Below, one piece after another: positions 60,241-64,000 of a stretch of DNA of 64,000 nucleotides (position 1 is its first letter; the number at the start of each line of letters is the position of its first letter). The notes under the pieces are model-generated. The model saw nothing but the letters and a program-made list of their open reading frames with translations, ran no database searches and was not told the origin of the DNA. Position numbers and translations under genes: made by a program. Location of the stretch: contig NIVC01000434.1 of NCBI GenBank assembly GCA_002269645.1, positions 540,199 through 604,198 of the forward strand, written 5' to 3'. This stretch comes from Macrostomum lignano (taxonomy: Eukaryota).

Positions 60241-60903
60241 TTAAACACCAGTATGTCCAGCAGCTTTCGCAGCAGCTAAAACAAGTTTTCGTGGTGTTTT
60301 AAATCCATCACCAACAGCTAGTTTGTTATTTATAGAATTAACAATCCTTTTATACAAGCTGGTATTTTTAACAGCTCCTCCTAACTCATCATAAAAAATT
60401 CTAGCACTTATTAATTCATCCCTAGTATATAAATCAGGGTTAAATTTTACCCTAGGGTTCATAACAATATTATATGCTCCACCCAATTCTCTATATAGTT
60501 CATTTCGATTTTTATCAACTCCACCAATTCGATAATTATTATTACCTAAATCTGTCGCAGCAATACTAGCTGGTACTCTTGGATATTGTTCCCGATCGCC
60601 CCGCTCTGCACGTCTAATCTCTGCAATTCTCAATTGTGCTTGATCAACATCATAAGCAGGCGGCTCATCCAAAATTTCATCCTCTTTTGGCTCAGTATTT
60701 TTAGCAATTTTTTCCAGAAGATCTTTATCTGTTTTTTCTAGTTCACTAATTTTCCCAGTAATAGGATTAACAAAAGGAGCAGCAAATCTTTCACGCTAAT
60801 TGTATCCTAACTTTCTTTTTTGTAAATTTCTAACAAAATCAGAATATCTTTGCTTCTCTTTATAAATCGCTAACTCTCCATCAACGTCCATAAATTGACT
60901 CAT
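60241..60903 (-). pseudogene. Polinton accessory protein (about 220 aa) with one in-frame TAG at 60796-60798
   Basis: ATG at 60903 is in frame with ORF 60241-60672. MSQFMDVDGELAIYKEKQRYSDFVRNLQKRKLGYN*RERFAAPFVNPIT resembles the coiled-coil/KPIT-type ORFs I associate with Polintons; function unknown. Confidence 0.6.
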
Positions 60904-60937
60904 TTTTTAACATAAAAAACTTTTTTAACTTAAAAAA

Positions 60938-62402
60938 ATGGCTGAAACAAAAACTATGTGGAGTGATAAATTTCATTTCAAAAAGCACCGACAGTATATT
61001 AATGAGGTCAGAGCAAGAGATTTAAATTATACCCTACCAACAAGTGATAATTCAAATAACTTTACTACTGGAACGGTAACTTTTGACATCGGCGCAACCA
61101 ACACTATATTGGATATGAAAAATGCGTTTTTCCGCGTTAGATGGTTGTATACTAGAAATGATGGAACTGCTCTTGCAGCCGGAGATATCGCAGATCGATC
61201 CGGAATAATAATAGAAAATGATTGGTTTTATAAATGTTTTTCCCAAGCTCAACTAACTGTTAATGGTGCTGAGGTTGAGACATCATCAAACCCCGCAGAG
61301 ATTAATGGAGTTTTGAAACATTTAAATTATACTTATTTATCAAAACAAGTTGGTGATAATGTTGGGTGGATGCCGGATAAAGGTAACGGCAAGCAGTAGT
61401 TTTCCCTAATGTACAAAACGCAGCCGGTGCAGATACTGCAGCGCTAATTGTTTACCTTAATACAAACATAGTTCCAGTTGTAACCACTATGACTAATACA
61501 AAAGATATTAATACTGGTTTTATAGATCGTCAGAATAAATTCCCAGTCGTTTTAACCACAGCAACAGCATATGAGCAGGACTTTTCAATCTTTCCACTAT
61601 TTGGGTTTTTCTCACCAAATCGGGTATGGAAAGGATTAAAATTTGGGATACAGTTGCAAATATCTGGTGGATATCAGCCTAGGATACTTTATGGAACCTC
61701 AATTTCAACCGATATAGCAGTTCGTATAGATTCAATTCAATTAGTCGTACCAACTATTGAGGTAACAGCCCCACTTTTAAAACACATCGATAATCAGTTA
61801 ACGCATGATCAGGAAATATTTTATTTGAATCGTCGACATTTTATGCGAACCATTAATAATAACCAGGATTCATTCCAGTGGCAAATACTGACATCAAAAC
61901 GTCGGTGAGATATATTTTTGTTTGTTTAAGATAACAAATAGAAGGAGTAAAAGAGCAAATGGGGATTTATATTGGCTTCAATCCGGCTGCCATAGCAGAA
62001 CAAGCAGCCACCGCAACAGACAATGCGGCTGCAGCTATTAACGAGTTTAATGTTTCAGAATATCCGCCTGCAGGTTGATGATCAATATTATCCGGTTAAA
62101 GACCCCCTAAATTTAAAATAGCAAATAATAATGTTAATGATTTTATAAAATATTATCAAGATTATGCCAAAAATGAAGCATATGCCGTCCCTCAGTACAC
62201 ACCCACAGAGTTTCTAAACATTCATCCAGTGGTTGTTTATGATCTAACGCACAGAAAGAAAACGTAGCCAATATTGGACTTAATTATATGTTAGAGATTA
62301 ATAAACCGGTAATCAGGCACTTGACGCCCACGTATTGTTTCTAGAGGAATATATGTCAATTGCTAAGCTGATGGCACGATTGTTCGGGACGCACCATTGT
62401 AA
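60938..62402 (+). pseudogene. Major capsid protein (double jelly-roll, hexon-like), frameshifted
   Basis: TFDI...LDMKNAFFRV...CFSQAQLTVNGAEVE, FSIFPLFGFF...GLKFGIQL, IDSIQLVVPTIE, VRYIFVCL, QVDDQYYP and PVVVYDLT. Frameshifts near 61390, 61900 and later; real decay and read errors cannot be separated here. Confidence 0.8.
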
Positions 62403-62451
62403 AATGAGGCAGGTCTCGACCGTCGCACCTATTTAAATTATTTCTTTAAAA

Positions 62452-63354
62452 ATGGTAAAGGCAAAACACGATAAAATATTTCCAAATGATCCTTTTCTTT
62501 GTTTAGTAATCGGAGATCAGGTAAAGGAAAAACACATTTGTTTACGATTTATTAACAACAGATGGAATGTTAGACTATAATAATTTAATAATTTATACTA
62601 ATAAACCTAGAATAAAATATTATGAATTTCTTAAACATGGATTAAAACAAATTAAAAAAAGATCTTGTTTAGAATGTTAAGAGCATATGAGCAATATGAG
62701 GATGATGACGAACCGCGATTTAATCTAGCAGACATTGAGGATTTATGTAAAACAATGGCACAACAGCCAGAAAACATCACCGATCCCGAAGGGCGGACTT
62801 CGTCCGATCGCCCCAACTGTTTAGAGTATCAACCGATTAGCCTATGATCAAATTCCAAAACATGATAAAACACTAATTATTTTTGATGATTGTATTAATG
62901 ACGGTGATCAAGAATTGCAAAAGGAAATTTTTGTTAGTGGTAGAGGAGATGGAATTGGAGCTTTTATCTTACTCAATCCTTTAGAGAATTAGAATCGATT
63001 ATAAAAAAGAATGCAAGTTGTTGTGTAATGTTTGATTTAGATAATTATGATTTACAAAATATTCACGCTAGATTTAATCCCGGATTGGATGCAAAACCAT
63101 TTAAAAGTATGTGTAAAAAAATTTGGGATGATAGCCAATACAAACATATTTATATCAATCCGAGGTTAGAAAGGAAACATAGAATTTTAACAAATTTGAT
63201 AAAAGAAGATAATGAGGAAGAAGAGACATATATATCGGACGGAGTCCGCGACCGGTTCGATTTTCCCACTATAAAAATGACTACAAATTTAAATACTATA
63301 AAACAATTGGTAGATCGAACTAATTCAAATTTAGTACAACATTACAGTTTATAA
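62452..63354 (+). pseudogene. A32/FtsK-like packaging ATPase, frameshifted
   Basis: PFLCLVIG then (after a shift) RSGKGKTHL, Walker A near 62515-62540; LIIFDDC Walker B near 62877-62892; FVSGR and (shifted) LTQSF...IIKKNA. Confidence 0.88.
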
Positions 63355-64000
63355 TGACAACCAGCGAGCAACGGATTCAATTGCGCGATCCATTACAACT
63401 TGATCAAAGCCTAAGTTATCAAATAGGTTTAATACTATTTTCGGTTTTCAACATGCCTCAATTAATTAATGCAACAAATAATCAATTTAGATATTCTAAA
63501 GATTCCGGAGCCAATTGGACAACATTTAGCGTTAACCCAGGAGCGTATAGCTATACTGATTTGAATGCTTATATAGAAGGAGAATTAACAACTAATGGTG
63601 ATTGGGTAGCAGGAGCAATTGTTATAGGTGTTGATTTACCGTCTGGCAGATTCACACTATCACTAGGATCCGGATATCAGGTTGATTTCACAATTGCAAA
63701 TTCACTCAGAACCATACTTGGATTTAATTCCCGAATAGTTACCACATCAAGCACCGGATACAGTGGAAATATGAGGGGGAGTAAATACAATTAATATAAC
63801 AACCGACATTTCAAACGGTGGTTATATAACAGATAATAATGGAGTTTTGGTTCAACGTGGAATTATTTATTCAATCCCATTTCTTGCTGTTCCAATTGGA
63901 GAGAAAATGATTGTATCACCTCAAACCCCAATATATTACCCATTAAATCAATATAATGTTCATCAATTTATATTAGGATTGTAGATGAAAGCGATAGATT
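63354..64000 (+). CDS. Minor capsid (penton-like single jelly-roll) protein, one frameshift near 63775, runs off the window
   Basis: RIQLRDPLQL, NNQFRY, PGAYSYTDLN, LRTILGF, then in a shifted frame INITTDI...IIYSIPF...PQTPIYYPL; ATG overlaps the ATPase stop. Confidence 0.78.

Larger units (their letters stand above)
57136..64000. mobile_element. Integrated Polinton/Maverick (adintovirus-like) element, continuing beyond the window
   Basis: Intronless AT-rich ORF cluster: rve integrase, parvovirus-type PLA2, major capsid, A32/FtsK ATPase and penton-like protein; AGTAGT motif at 57136. The left boundary is uncertain. PolB and protease are not in the window. Confidence 0.92.

Noticed and set aside
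59585-60245. A second group I intron enclosing the HNH ORF
   Set aside because: There is an AAGUCC-like string and hairpins near 59600-59660, but no matching R strand and no P/Q elements upstream of 60213, where only AT-rich spacer is present.

Overview
Animal (metazoan) nuclear DNA with spliceosomal genes, many TEs and intronic minisatellites. A Macrostomum-like flatworm host is only my impression from repeat style and cannot be verified here. Host genes: an RFX5/7-like gene (+, 2.8-4.4 kb) whose DNA-binding domain appears to be missing; a degenerate NDK-fold gene (+, 7.4-13.9 kb); a complete PACSIN/syndapin (-, 16.8-27.9 kb); and a PRDM14-like C2H2 zinc-finger gene (+, 41.0-56.7 kb) with no visible PR/SET domain. 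TEs: an RTE-like LINE nested in a hAT MITE, two more hAT MITEs with 8-bp TSDs, a decayed 2.9-kb hAT transposon, a fossil Mutator element in a CpG-depleted block, several small MITEs and two SINEs. From about 57.1 kb to the window end lies an integrated Polinton/adintovirus-like element (major and minor capsid, A32 ATPase, integrase, PLA2, HNH endonuclease). The main finding is a 303-nt IC1-type group I intron (59176-59478, - strand) with recognisable P1-P9 elements. It splits the PLA2 calcium-binding loop (NFTG|PGT). Its removal would join HNH endonuclease, PLA2 and DDE integrase into one 627-aa ORF. Its terminal nucleotide is A rather than the canonical omega-G. All family assignments come from motifs and base-pairing read by eye; no database search was run.
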